Of a stretch of DNA of 64,000 nt, positions 13,790-27,459 are shown one piece after another (within the stretch, counting starts at the first letter, position 1; every line of letters begins with the position of its first letter). A model generated the notes under the pieces. It made no database searches. It saw only the letters and a program-made list of their open reading frames with translations, and was not told the origin of the DNA. This stretch comes from the human T2T-CHM13v2.0 reference genome, Homo sapiens. Both the position numbers and the translations under genes were made by a program. The stretch lies in the NCBI RefSeq assembly GCF_009914755.1, contig NC_060934.1. One strand, written 5' to 3'.

Positions 13790-14230
13790 GCCATGAGGGG
13801 TGATGGAGATGCACACTGCAGTGGTGGGGGTGGGGTGGGGTGGGCAGATATTTCTAGAGTAGCCTCACAGACATAGGGAGGGACAGGGGTGGGGTGGGGT
13901 GACTGTGGGTCCTGACTGGGATGGCTGATGAGAGTGATGTGCAAACTTGGGGGAATAAGGTGGGTTACTTTTAACGAAGCTAAGTTTCAGGCACCTGCTG
14001 GGCATCCCATACATGGTTAAAATATGGGCCTGGGATTCTGGGAAAGGTCAGGATTAAAGGTGGCAAGATTAAAGGTCAGGATCCTTTGGAGGTAATGGTG
14101 TGGCAATGGCTAAAACCCAAGGACAGATGAGGTCGCCTGGAGCAGCTGACAGAAGAGGGCCAAGGTCAGACCTCCATGCAAGCCCAACAGCCTAGGACAG
14201 GGACACTCAGAGAGATGAACCCATGTGCCC
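13790..14230 (-). mobile_element. L2 fragment
   Basis: Purine-rich degenerate L2-like tract (ctaagtttcaggcacctgctgggcatccc...gccaaggtcagacctcc). Confidence 0.4.
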
Positions 14231-14384
14231 AAGTTCAACTGGGGTCGGTGTCTGTAGATGGTGCCAAGGGCTCCACTCCCCTGTACTGTGCAGCGCTCTG
14301 GCTGAATAGCTCCATACTCAGGGCGCTAGATTTAGGAGGGACTGTGGAAGTCACCTGGTCAGAACCCTGGCTGTGGTAGGTACC

Positions 14385-14557
14385 AGCTGAGTAACATCAG
14401 GCAGGGAACTTCACCCCTTTAAACCTCAGTTTCCCTATCTGTGTCATGAAGACAATGCCAGTGCCCTCCTCCCACACAACTGGGCAGTCAGGAGCTGGTG
14501 CATGGGAAGTGCTGAGCACAGTGCCTGGCCCACAGTAAGTATCTGAAAGTAGGAGTT
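14385..14557 (+). mobile_element. MIR
   Basis: Core cctcagtttccctatctgt and tail gcacagtgcctggcccacagtaagt. Confidence 0.8.
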
Positions 14558-15214
14558 AGTCAGGTTCCAGCCCCAGCTGAGGTCCGAGGGGAGTGGGTGG
14601 GCAGAGTGCAGGGAGCTGGAAGAATACTCAAGAGACAGCAGGTAAATTAGATGTGGCTTTATTCAGCAGCTCTCTCATCAGCAGCTTACTCACTAGCAGC
14701 TCTCTCATCAGCAGCTCTCTTACACTGTCTGCCTTTATCTTGGCTGTCTGCTCCAGTTCTGTGGCTTCTCTCAGCAGCCGGCTCCCATGCACAGCTGCAC
14801 AGCCAGCTCTCCCTTGCCTTCAGGGTCAGCAGCTTAACTCTTTCTCTCTCTGGGCATGAGCGCGAGCCATGTTGAGCCATGTCGAGCCATGCCGTTCTCT
14901 GGCTCCCCTCGGTCCATCTGCAAGATGGACAGCTCTGGTTCTCTCTCTCTTTCTCTGGGTGCCAGCAGCAAGAGCCATGTGGAGTCATGCCCAAGAGCTG
15001 AGCCGAGCCCAAGAGCATCTGTATGGCGCAAGCAGGGCAGTTATACCTTTTACAGACAATAGTGGCTTACAGCCAAGTGATGGCCTTCCGTGTTATGGCT
15101 ACGTGGCTGTGATAACAAGTGGAGTTACACACCTGTGCTCGAAACTTGCTGAGTACACAGGATGTTTACCTTGGCCTATGCCCACTTGGCTGCAGTGCAG
15201 CCATGTTCCTTACA
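14558..15214 (-). mobile_element. LTR18 (probably LTR18B) ERVL solo LTR
   Basis: Minus strand begins tgtaaggaacatggctgc and contains gccactattgtctgtaaaaggtataac. 5-bp TSD gagtt/gtgtt. Inserted in the MIR tail. Confidence 0.8.
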
Positions 15215-16938
15215 GTGTTGTTCTTATTCATCAGTATGCCTTCTGTCTACTTTCTGGAACATTCATGACTGATGGATTTGGCTTAAGTAATTCCCTCTCC
15301 TGGACTCCTCAGATCTTCAATGCAGCACTTTTGGGCAGTCATTTGAGCAAAGCTCATGCTAAACCATTCTTGCTACCTGTCTGTGTCTTCCTAGGGTCCC
15401 CCATGGAGGCTGGGCTGCCCTGGCAGGTGCCTCTTCCTGTGCTGACATCCACCCTCTCTTTATGCTGCCTGGAGGGGTGGGGCCTTTCCTCTGGTGGAGT
15501 GGGTAGAGAGACAATGAGGAAAGAATTTTCACTTGTTTTGAAGAAAACATCCCATCTGCTCTTCATCTGTGTTGACAAACCCACGCCACACAGGCCTGGG
15601 CCGGCAGACAGCACAGAGCTCACTGGAGCCTCCTGCCAGGCCGCTGAAGACACTCTTTCTGGTTCTAAAGTTCTCAGGGAAAAACGCACTGAGTTTACTG
15701 TTGAGCTCTACACACAGTGTGGTCGGAGTTATCTTCAGGGGCGCATTAGGACACGTTAATGCAATGAGAATACAAGGAGAACCCTGATCTTGGATGTAGG
15801 ACAAGGCCATAAACAAAGATTTCCCACACATGTTTATGAAAAATACAACCTAGCATTCTGTGTGTGTCTAAATGATCAATGTTCAATATCCTTTGTTACT
15901 TCAGACTATTTGGCAGTTTCTTCCTCCAAAAATGGGTATGATCCCCTTTAAATTAAAGTCCTAATCTCTGTGTCTTAGAATGAAGGCATACTGTTCCTTT
16001 CTTTTGCCCCGCTAGTCTGAAAGCCATTCTCATTTCCACCTCGTCCAGGGCAGCAAGGGATGAGGGTGGTGTTGGGTTTGCTTATTGACTTCTAGGATTG
16101 AATTCTTCCTGCTGACACCAGGAGGCGTGTCCACACGGAGAGCACCTCCATCTCCCCTTTGGTACCTTCTGCCCCTCCTAACTCCAATCCACAGAGGGCA
16201 CAGTGCGGTGAGGGAGACCTGAGGGGTCTCTTTGAACCATGTCCTGGGGGTTTTCTGTGGAGTAGGGAAGTGGAGCGCTCTGGGCTCGAGGCTCAGGGCC
16301 TGAGTGGGTTTAGGGTCTGTGTCTATGGCGTGGCCACATCCCCCAAACGTCTGGCTTCCATTTTATTACTTGAAGAGTACGCCATTACATCAAGGAGTTG
16401 ATTTCTTGGCTATATGCATGTATTTTAACTACAAAACAGTGTGTTCAGATATGTAATTTTCAGTTTCCATTGTGATCCAGATAGACTCCAGCAGGTTCAA
16501 GAATGCTCTGTTGACATTTCTCTCTAAACCGGAAAACATTGCTTTAGCTCCTGCTTGGCTCACAGAAATGCAAATGAACACCTAGTTTCTTCCTCGCTAT
16601 TAGAGGGAACAGACACACGAAGATGTCAGAGGAGGCTGGGGACAGATGAGCCAGTGGGACTCCAGCTCTTCTCCTTGCCCACGGAGGCATCTCTGGAAGT
16701 TTGGGTCCCCTGAAGTTGGCTTTTCTTCCGTGGGTGTGCCCTTGACATGGGATAAAATGAAGGTCGTTGTAGGTTAGGTAGTAGGGGCTCTTAGCGAAGG
16801 AGTTTCACTTTCAACAGATAGGTCCAGTCAATGACAGACACCTATGTACAAGCTAGTCGAAGGTGAAAATAACTAACTTTGGACCAAATAAAGCTTTCTT
16901 TAGATTAGATGGTTCTTTGCTTTCCTTTTCTATTCAGT

Positions 16939-16945
<7 letters not shown>

Positions 16946-16969
<24 letters not shown>

Positions 16970-17270
16970 GTTTTGTTTTTTGTTTTTGAGACAGGGTCTC
17001 GTTCTGTTGCCCAGCCTGGAGTGCAGAGCCACAATCTCAGCTCACTGCAGCCTCACACCTCCTGGGTTCAAGTGATTCTTGTTCCTCAGCTTCCCGAGTA
17101 GCTGGGATTACAGTTGTGCACCACCACACCTGGCTAATTTTCGTATTTATAGTAGAGACGGGGTTTCACCATGTTGGCCAGGCTGGTCTCCAACTCCTGA
17201 GCTCAAGCGATCTGCCCTCCTCTGCCTCCCAAAGTGCCGGGATTACAGGTGTGAGCCACTGCGCTCAGCC
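16946..17270 (-). mobile_element. Alu (AluJ-like)
   Basis: Antisense Alu with gagacagggtctc and gagctcaagcgatctgccc. TSD tctattcagttttttt at 16929 and 17271. Confidence 0.96.
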
Positions 17271-18199
17271 TCTATTCAGTTTTTTTTTAAAAATGCCTTT
17301 CCCCTGTGAGCTATTTTTGGTTATTGATAACTTAGACATAGGTTTCCATTCTTGGGTCCTGTGAAGTCATCGTGATATACCAGCTGCACCAGGGCGTGGG
17401 CCGTAGCCTGCAAGCTGGGCTCTGTAGATATTAATACATCCTAGGGCCTGGGTCAAGGCTGCTGTGTGGGCCTAACAGCACCCAGACTGCCAGTCCCTCC
17501 CTGCCAACACCTACATGAAAATTACCAATTTAGTCTAACTGCCTCTCCACCATCAAAATCAACAAACTGAAACAAGCAAACAAAAAGAAACCCTTGATCA
17601 TTCAGTTAAATAGTCAGTTTAACTCAGTTAAAAAAGAAAAACGAAAGCAACTCCAAAACCGAGCTGCCGCTTTGGGTAGAAACATCCCATGTGTTTCCGT
17701 GTGCATCCACCCATATGGCATGGCGAGACGCCTCCTGCAGGCCTGCCCCCAGCCCTCCTGAGTCAGCAGCTCTGGGACCTTAGACTTGACATTTTCAAAT
17801 GTGATGTCATTCTATGTTGCCTTTTTAGACCCAAGGTCTTAGCATGGTATGAAGTAAATGACTGAAAACTACTTTTTGGTTTCTTTAACAGGAATTGCTG
17901 CATTGTGGCTTACTGATGGGCACTATGTATTGGATTTAAGAAAATATGTCAGTTACTGTTTACAGGTGCAGTTCTCCTAAGTATCTGAGTGGAAACGTTT
18001 GGCAGTGTTGTTTGCAGTGCAGTTTAGGCATCATCCATCCCTGCATTTGGAGTGGGCTCCTTCCCGTTTCAATCCTGTTCATCCTATTAAACACTGAATC
18101 ATGTGCCCTTGGTCAGACTTGCCTTCAGGAGATCCTGGAGGCTGCAGTCTGAGCTGGTGGCTGGATTGGGGCATCTTTTAGGAGGAGGCCATTGACTAC

Positions 18200-18520
18200 T
18201 GGGAGTTAGAAGGTAAAGGCTTGAAACAGAGTGTTATGTATAGAGATGGAGAGGAAGGGGAGTTTTAGGGAGATACAATTAATAGGATTTGGTACCTGTG
18301 TGGATGTGGAGGTTGGTGAGAGAGAAGAAAAGGACAACCTGCAGGATTTGGGCTTGGGTGAGTGATAGGGGAGTGGTGCTGGGAACCCAGCAAGAGGAGC
18401 CAGCTGGGGAGAAAGGTGATGAGTGCACGTGAGGGACCTGTTGGTTCTGTTCAAGGGAAGCAGCTGGGCTGGAAGCCCAGCTTTGGGTCTTGAGGTCCTG
18501 AGAGTATACAGTGAAAAGAA
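18200..18520 (-). mobile_element. L2 fragment
   Basis: ataggatttggtacctgtgtggatgtggaggttggtgagagagaag...ggcttgggtgagtgatagg is typical of antisense L2. Confidence 0.65.
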
Positions 18521-18539
18521 CAGTGATGTCTCTCACCAT

Positions 18540-19635
18540 CATTTTTCTGTTTTCAAACTATAATTTTTGTGCTTCTCTTTATTACTTTATACCTTCTCCT
18601 TCCTTGCACTTGTTCTTTTTCTATTTTCTAGTGGTGGAAGATTAGATGATTGATTGAGACTTTTTCCTTTCTATGTGACCTTATTGTTAAAGCATTGACC
18701 TGGCTTCATCCTGCACATTTGATAACATTGTGTTTTTATTTCCATTCAATTAAAGATATTTTCAAATTTTCCTTGTGACTTCCTCTTTGGCCCATATATT
18801 ATTTAGAAGCGTGTTATTTAATTTAGCATTTTGAGGCATTTTCCAGATATCTTTCTGTTATTGATTTCTAGTTTAACTTAATTTGGATTAGAGAACATAC
18901 TTTGTATGATGTTTTTTTCCTTTATGTTTGTTGAGGTTTTAAGGTCAAGAATATGGCCTATCTTAATGAATATTTAATTTAATCTGGAAAAGAATGTGAT
19001 TCCACTGTCATTGTGTGGAACATCCTATAAGTGCCAGTTAGGTTAAGTTGGCTGACGGTGTTATTCAGATATTCCATATTCTTGCTGGTTTTCTGTCCAC
19101 TTGTTTTCTCAATTACTCAAAGGGAACCAGTGACGTTTCCAACTCTCTTTGTAGATCTGTATACTTTTGCCTTTCAGTCCTCTCAGATTTTGCTTCATGT
19201 ACATTGAAGCTTTGTTGTCAGGTGCATAGAGAGTTAGGATTGTTATGTCTTCTTGGGGAGTTGACTTTATTCTCATATAATGTCCTTCTTTGTCTCTGGT
19301 AATTGTCCCCATTCTGTAGTCTATTTTTTCTGGCATTAATATAAGCAGGACAAGTCTCTTTCTTTTTATTAGTGTTTATACAGTATATATTTCCCCATCC
19401 TTTTGCATTTAACATGTGTATGTATCATATAATTTTATACATATATGTATGCTCATCTATATTAAAAGTGAGTTTCTTGCAGATTGCATATATTTTGATC
19501 TTACTTCTTTATTGTCTGATCATCTCTGTCTTTTAGTTGTTTTTTAGACCATTTCTACTTAATATAATTATTGATAATGCTGAATTTAAAACTACCCTAT
19601 TGCTAGTAGTTTATTGTTCTCCTCTGGTTATCTTT
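18540..19635 (-). mobile_element. Old L1M ORF2 endonuclease-region fragment
   Basis: Minus-strand ORF ITRDKEGHYMRIKSTPQEDITILTLYAPDNKASMYMKQNL matches the L1 ORF2p EN domain. Confidence 0.92.
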
Positions 19636-20049
19636 GTGTGCCATTTCCTTAAATAATTTACCTCCCTTCCTTTACAAACTCACCAAATTCCAACCCGCTG
19701 TGTGTGTGTGTGTGTTTCTGTGTGTTTTCTTTCTGAAAAGTTTAGACATGAATCCAGAATTTCCATGCTCTGTTATCAATATACTTCATGTGTGTAAGTC
19801 TTGTCTCCTATTAGATGGTGGGTCCTTGACACTGGAGGCCATGCTTTTGTGTCCCTCACAGCACCTAGAAGAGTAGACGCCTACAGATGGAGTTGACTGC
19901 CCAGCTAGGGTGACCCAATCATCTGGTCCCTTTATCATGGAAGATGCTGAATGATATTGGAGGGACAACTGTGTCATTACCATACAGGGGCACTTATCCA
20001 GCTGCTATCTACCTTCAGCTAGACCCTTGGTGCATCATGTGTTTCTGAT

Positions 20050-20830
20050 GAGACTTTTTTAGTTTTCTCACCATCTCAGCCCACCCTTCCCCTCTCTCTC
20101 ACACACTGTGGGTGTGGGAGCTGCATAGAGCTCCATTCGTGGTCCACTTCTACCTGAACACCTCTCATCCACTGATCCCAGTGATTTACACCCACACCAG
20201 GTGCAGTTCCAACAGAGATCTGTCTTCTGGGCTCCTGGTTGACGTACCTGTCCATACCCTGATGACACCTCAAATGCCACATTTCTCATACTGACCTTTC
20301 TCTTTGACTTTCTGTCTTGGATGAGGAATCATATTCATATAAGACCCAACCTCAACGTCCTCTTTGAATTCTCCTTCTCACCCATTCCTTCTCTTCCCAT
20401 CTAATCAGTCACCAAGTTGTCTCTTTTTCCCAACTTTGTCTTTGCTGTCTGCTCCACCACCATCAATGCTACTCTCTGGGATTAGAACAGTGGCTTGTGT
20501 CTGATCTCTCCAGACCTGTGGGCTCCTTTCCTCATCCCTGCTGGTCCCCTGCCTTAAACCACTGCCATCTCCACTCCCTCTGGACCTGCGGGGATTCTTC
20601 TTGTCCTTCCTCTAACTTAAGTTAGACAATAACTGCCCGGCCATGTCTTTCCCATCCTGGTCTCTCCATTCTCATCTCAGTGCTTACACCGTCTGTCTCA
20701 CATGGCGCTGGTTTGTCTCCTCCCTTCGAATGGAGGCTCTTTGTGGGCAGAGTCCATGTCATATTCCTCTTGGTAACCCCGATGGCTGGTGCACAGTTGC
20801 TTCTCAGCAAATGCTTACACTGAGCAAATC
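20050..20830 (+). mobile_element. L2 3' portion
   Basis: Pyrimidine-rich L2 body ending gtctcctcccttcgaatggaggctctttgtgggcag...ctcagcaaatgctt. Confidence 0.65.
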
Positions 20831-22037
20831 TTTTGTTCTAAACATTTCAGCTTCCCTTGATAATGAGAGTCTTACTACAAATGGCAGAATGACACGTTTG
20901 CATTTCTTTTCTGCCCTGGGTTGCTCTGAGGATTCAAGAGTTTCACCTTTTCGATTTGACTTTCTTTCAACTCTCTAAAAGTGGGAACAGAGTTATTCCT
21001 TATCCTCTAGAAGAACTGGGTGAAGTCTGAAATCAGAAACAAGAGAAATTCACGAGAGACACCTGCAGCTGTTGGGAGCTCCATCAGTGCACTAGCCTGT
21101 GTGTTATTTACACCCCAATCTCAACTTGGAAAAGCAATGCAACCAAATAATGGGAAAGAAATTAGGACAAGAGTTTGCTCGCCACAGGGCTGCAGCAGAG
21201 TTTGACCCCATGGAGTTGTTTTAAAGCTATTTCACCACAAAGACTTTTTTCCCCTCTGGAAATGTGTCTCACCACCAAAGACAAGGTTTGTTTTACCCTG
21301 TTTAATACTTAATTTCAAGTGGACTGACTTATGCAGTGGAGCCAAGTCTCTTGCGTCTGCCCAGCCACTGACTGGGGGAGAGAAATAGCCTTGTCACATC
21401 ACATTAACAGTGATGGAGCAGGCCGCCTGGCGGCCACTCAGCCCCACCACCATGCTGATCCGTGTGCAGGAAATCATCGCTGACTCCCCAAAGTGCTCTT
21501 GATTTCTTGATTTGGCCATTTGTCAGGTTTGCATTGCTTGCACCCCTGGGCACCTGTCTCTGAGGACAAGCAGAGCCTTTAAGGAAAAAGACTGTTTATT
21601 AATCTCTGGGAAACATGAGTAGCTGCATTGCAAAATGAAAATGTAAGATTGGAAGTGAAAACGTATGAGGGCTACTCCTTGCAGAAGCCCTAGCCCTAGG
21701 TGCTGTCAGCTTCCTGGGAGAAGTGACATGAGACGGGGCTGTCCTTGTGCTGATTAAAGACACGGAGTGTAGGGGCGACGACCTCGGGTCTGTTTGAATA
21801 TTTAGATCCCAGCTTCTGTGGAAAACATTAATAATTTTATACTAGATGTGAATTTTCTGACCTGTTTTTAACCAAATGTAGAAAAGAAACGTACTTGTAG
21901 AGCAGGCTCTGCAATAGGCTCTGCAGTAGGCACTTTATGTGCACTGTCTTAGATCATGGAGTGATCTTAATGGTCCTTTTTTCATGAAAAGCCTATGAAC
22001 AGGTAGCTGTTTTTGTTCTTGATCTTTCTAGGTTTAA

Positions 22038-22187
22038 GTGTGTGTGTTTCGTGTGTGTGCACGTGTGTGTTTGTGTGTGTGCGCACATGCATGTGTGTGT
22101 GTGCACATGCATGTGTGTGCATGTGTGTTTGCATGTGTACAAATGTATGTGTGTGCATGTTTGCGTGCGTGTGTGTGTGTGTGTGTG
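22038..22187. repeat. Complex (TG)n/(TGCA)n microsatellite
   Basis: About 150 bp of largely alternating purine-pyrimidine sequence, with Z-DNA potential. Confidence 0.92.
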
Positions 22188-24695
22188 CTGGGAAGATCCA
22201 GTGGCCCGTTGAGCAAGACTGATTGCCTTCTGGTTTGGTGCTATCTGGGTGCTAAGGGACTCTTTGGGGCATAGGGGGACCTTTACTGATCTGCAGTGAA
22301 CCCCAGGAGTCCAGTGTGAATTTGCTCATACAGTTCATGGGCTTCTCTCACATGGTTTGTGCTGCCCATAGGAAAATGCTGGTAAATGAAGAGGAGTCAG
22401 GCTCAGCTGCCATAGAATCTTGGTTGGCTTTCCTGCGGTTAACATATCAGTATGTATAAGCTCTCAGAGGCAAACACGAGGTTGGTGTTTCTCTTGGAAA
22501 CAGAAATTGTTGGGGATCCATCCCCTGTCCACAAGCGAGCCGTGGTGGCTGTGTCAGCCTGGGTGCCACTCACAGCTTCTCTGGAGAAGTCGCCAGCCAG
22601 AGAGGCAGCAAGTCTCTCCCTGAGTTCTTGGTGTCGGCTGCAGAACTGGGGATAAATGGCGATTTTGAAGGGCTGGGTCTGGGGGCAGGACCAGAGCTTT
22701 CTCTGGCTGTTTCCAAGCGTGAAGCAGCTTCCCCAAGGAGATAATGACCTAAATGGGGAGAATTAGGCTGGATTGAACGACTCATTAAATGTCACCTCCG
22801 TAAAAGCAGGAGGGACGAGAGCTGGGAGTGCAGAGCCACGCGGGGATCAGCGTGAGGGGTGCAGGTGGAAACAGAGCTTGAAGCTGTTGCTTTCTGCCAG
22901 CCACCCCCATCTGGGCTGCTTAACAACAGCCTGGATCGGAGCATGACAGAGGCAGAAGCAGGTCCTCAGAAGGTATTTGTTGAATAAAATGAATGAGGGA
23001 GGTGGTGGCCCGCCAGGTAACAGGTAACATGCCCATCTGGCTCAGCCTCAAGGTCTCGGCTGGCTCTCCTGGGGGCACAGCCTGCATCCATCCGAAGGGC
23101 CCCTGTGGATAATTCTTTTTATTTCCTTTGTACTGTCAGCACAGCAAAAATTGTCATCGTTGATAACATCTTATACTATATAAAAATACAAAGCCCTAAA
23201 AATATGTGCAATTTGGAAAAATTAAGGTGAATTCAAACACTTAAAAGGCCCGCTTCAGCTCCATTGTCCAACAGTAACAGCGCTGTGTCTGCACCTCCCC
23301 ACCACCTGTGCAACCTCCTGCTCCAGCTTGTGGTTCCTGGTGTTATTTTCCAATAACTGCAACCAGGACTCCTTGCAGGGCAACTGATGTCTTTCAGCCT
23401 TGAGGCAGGAAAAGATGAGGGTGGCTTGGAGCGTCCCTCTCTCTGAACACACACTTCCTGTTGCCAGAAAGAGACAATCCTTTCCTTAAGGGCAAGGACA
23501 GAGTGGAAATGATGAAGGAGCCAGCTGGTAGGGCATCGCGAGCCAATGTGATGATGGGAAGATGAGAAAGCTGAAGGTTAAGGGACAGAAATGAGTCTGC
23601 AAATGCCATGAGCTCACCATGAAGCACAAGAGGAAAAGGTTAACATGGAGTGTGTATAAAGGGGTTTCTCCTAGCAGACAGGAGTGAACAGAGCAGGACA
23701 TGCTTCAGAAGTGGTGGATTCATGGCGTGTTCAGTCCCTTCTCAGTTATGTTCCTGTCTCTGACGTGTGGAGATGGACTTGTTTTTGTGCAAGCAGGAAA
23801 GAAGCTTCATAGGAAAGTGGGAGAGAGTCCAGCAGTCCCAGGCCAGGTAGGAACCATCCGACGACAAGAGAGATCCATCCAGAGTGAAGGCCATGTGTCA
23901 TCCCCAGGGGGAAATGGCGAGGGGCATCCAGAGCTGCTCACCCCGCAGTGGCTACACACAGAAACCACATGGAAGAGAGTTTATGGTATTCTAGGATGGC
24001 AAATTATCCCAGTGGACTAGGGAACAGAGCCAACCACTCAGAGCCAGTTCCTTCCTTCTAGACCAGAGGACTTCACACTTCCTTGACCAGATCCATCATT
24101 AACAATGCCTTTGACATCAGGATCTGATCACATGTGTGTGCAAATGCACACACACAACACACACTTACTAGAAGAGTGGGTGAGTAGAACCTACGATGGG
24201 TAATAGATACACAGAGCGTGCATTTATTCTTTATCTACCTGTCTGGGAAGACAAGGCCCACTGGCCCTCCTGTGAATGTGGCCACCACAGACAGAGGACC
24301 CCTCACTGCCTGAGTAGCTGGCGAGTGACCAGTGAGGAAAGGAGGACGAACATGCCATCCCATCTCGGTGCCACCTCTGGTCCCAGAACCAGCCTTCTCG
24401 GGACCCACAGAATCAGGGTCTTGGGTGTTACTTGGGGGTTCAGGCTTGGGACGTTTTAGTGAATGTTCTTTGTGGGGGCACCAGACAGGCCAGGGAATGC
24501 CAGCGAGGGAGTTTTCCTTTTGAGAAGAGAAGTCTTTGAGGCAAACTCAGTTATCTTGGAAGAGGGGCAGCTTCTCTGACAAGAGAAGATAGGAAGCCAC
24601 TGTCATCTTTTAAGAGAAAGGCAGACTCCGGTACAAGATGTCAAATGAAAGGTTGCCGTTCTGTGTAAACAGGAGATAATGTCTCCCTCTTGTCA

Positions 24696-25026
24696 TGAGT
24701 GCTTCCCTGGTGCTGGGCTCTGTGTTGAAGACTCAGATCCTCCGTCTTGGGGTCTCGTCATTATTTGAGTGCTTCCTCGGTGCTGGGCTCTGTGCTGAAG
24801 ACTCAAATCCTCCGTCTTGGGGTCTTGTCATTATTTGAGTGCTTCCTCGGTGCTGGGCTCTGTGTTGAAGACTGAAATCCTCCGTCTTGGGGTCTCGTCA
24901 TTATTTGAGCGCTTCCTCGGTGCTGGGCTGTGTGCTGAAGACTCAAATCCTCCGTCTTGGGGTCTCGTCATTATTTGAGTGCTTCCTTGGTGCTGGGCTC
25001 TGTGCTGAAGACTCAAATCCTCCATC
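24696..25026. repeat. Minisatellite, 70-bp unit, about 4.7 copies
   Basis: gcttcc recurs at 24701, 24771, 24841, 24911 and 24981. Confidence 0.97.
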
Positions 25027-25890
25027 CTGAGGGCCCTTCTGCATAGAGGCTTGTCCCTATCCTGCAGCAGAGGTACCTCAGGTCGGCCTAGCTGAAGACC
25101 CAACTCCTAATTAGTGGTGGGGTCTGGATTCCATCCAAATGTCTAACTGCAAACACATTGTGTTCTCATAATGGCTTCTGTATTGAATCTTCCGACATTT
25201 CTTAGGCAGCACGGAGGAGGTGGGGAAACGCATTTCATTCCCAGGGAATAATAGCTTGATTATTTTGTGCTGCTTAATATTTATAAATACTTTCCAATCT
25301 AAGATGTAACTTTTGGTGAAATAATACATGACCTCATGCAGTGAAGGCTCAATTGGCCTTTCTCTACTAAATTATGGTAGATACAATGATTATTTCGAAA
25401 TATATCTGCACTTGGCACAGAGTCAGTAAACATGTCATCTTAATTCATTATGTTTCCACCCCTGTATCTGGACCTGTCTGACTCATAAATGATCAATTTT
25501 TGGTTTCTGAAATGCATAAACATAGAATACTCAGAGTGTGATATTGAAATGAGCACTTAACAGGGACATAGTCATTATTTTTTATCATTATCATTTAGCT
25601 GTTGGTTCCTTTGTGGTTTAGGAGAATGTGATGAAGCCTTGGTTATTGTTCTCGGGGAGGCAGGGAGCCGCTGATGACCCCAAACCTCATTAGCGCCTTT
25701 TCTTTCAAGCTCTTCCACGCAATTTTTATGGCAGGTACGAGGAGTAATCTGCGTGGTCAGTTTTGCATCTCGCCCTTTTCTCCAGCTTTCTTCCTTCTGT
25801 CTGTGCTACAAGTAATGGACGGGGAAGAAAAGCAAAGAAAGAATTGCAGAGCTTGGAAAATTCAGCTGCAAATTCTAAATTCCATTGTCA

Positions 25891-26291
<401 letters not shown>

Positions 26292-26441
26292 AAGAATGCA
26301 TTTCCACAAAATGTGCCCACCCCAGCCAGTGCAGAACCCACCCACGACTGTGCTCCCCTCACTTGGAGACTTGAAGACTTGGCCTCCACCAAGTCCCCTG
26401 CTGGAAGGACCACAGAGTTCATCTTCCGTCTCCATCCACAG

Positions 26442-26510
26442 GGGCTTCTTCACATATGAACGGACACAGAAACATCGGCACAGGCTTCCTTTGATTGAAA
26501 CTCCTACTTG
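26442..26510 (+). other. Candidate 69-nt exon
   Basis: Acceptor ttcatcttccgtctccatccacag|G and donor TTG|gtgagt. Confidence 0.35.
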
Positions 26511-27459
26511 GTGAGTTGGATGTTTGAGGTAACCTCCACCTTCTGTTGTGTCTCAGGCCTCCTTTGGAGGTCATTATAGCAGGAAACTGTCGACGTTATG
26601 CTGTGCTGGGATGTGACGCTCAGCCTCACACTTTTGTAGGGATGACATGGGACATTCCACATACTCGAAGGGTCCCTGCTGTCCCGCTGATACCCCTGTT
26701 CACTGTGGGTTAAAAGGAGGCGGCAAGTTCCTTTAGCCGCTGATAGAAGCTCAGACTAGGTTTCTATTTTTTGTGATAATAAACATGTTTCCAAAGTTGT
26801 AGGAATGTATCAACATCATTATCCATTATTCCACTACATTATTTTCTGACCTGCTTCCAGTGGGGGTTGGTGTGTCCGTTCTCTCATGTGCTTCAAAGGG
26901 AGGAGCCTGAGGATGTGTTGTTGGCATTCCTGTGGGAGCCTCGGCCCAGATGAAGGCTCTGCAGATGCCTGGCATCCTGGGCCGACACTGGGGAAGTGGG
27001 CTCCATCCCTGGCTGTGTGGTGGCATCCCTGCGTCAGCTTGGCAGCTGTGGTGTGGCCACAACTGCGGTGCAGGCCTGGACCTGGCTGTGCTGACCTCAT
27101 GCTGTGTTAGCCAATGGGATTTCCAGATCTTAAAGGAAAAAAGGAATTGATTAGAAGTAACACAGTCAAGCTCTGAGCAAATATGTGCATGTATTTAACA
27201 ATGATTAGCCGGCAAACTAGAATCCGGCGTGGAGCCCTTAGGGAGGCCTTCGTTCCCCACCACTTCCTCCACCATTGAGACAGCACGCCCCAGCCAGCCT
27301 CGGCAGCCCTCTTGCCTCTCCCCTGCTGCTTCCCTGTGTCCTCCCAGCTCCTGTGTCCCCTTTTTGATGATCCTCCTGGGCCGTCTGGCCTCAGTCTCTC
27401 GTGTTTTCTCTTTGGGGCCAATGGAAGGTTGTGTCATTAGGGCACCGGCACTTGCCCCC

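Noticed and set aside
14869-15759. 296-aa ORF
   Set aside because: Non-ATG start, begins antisense within LTR18, and shows no recognisable protein features.
12156-17965. Additional exon-like segments 12156-12181 and 17892-17965
   Set aside because: Splice sites are weak on at least one side and cannot be distinguished from chance without transcript data.
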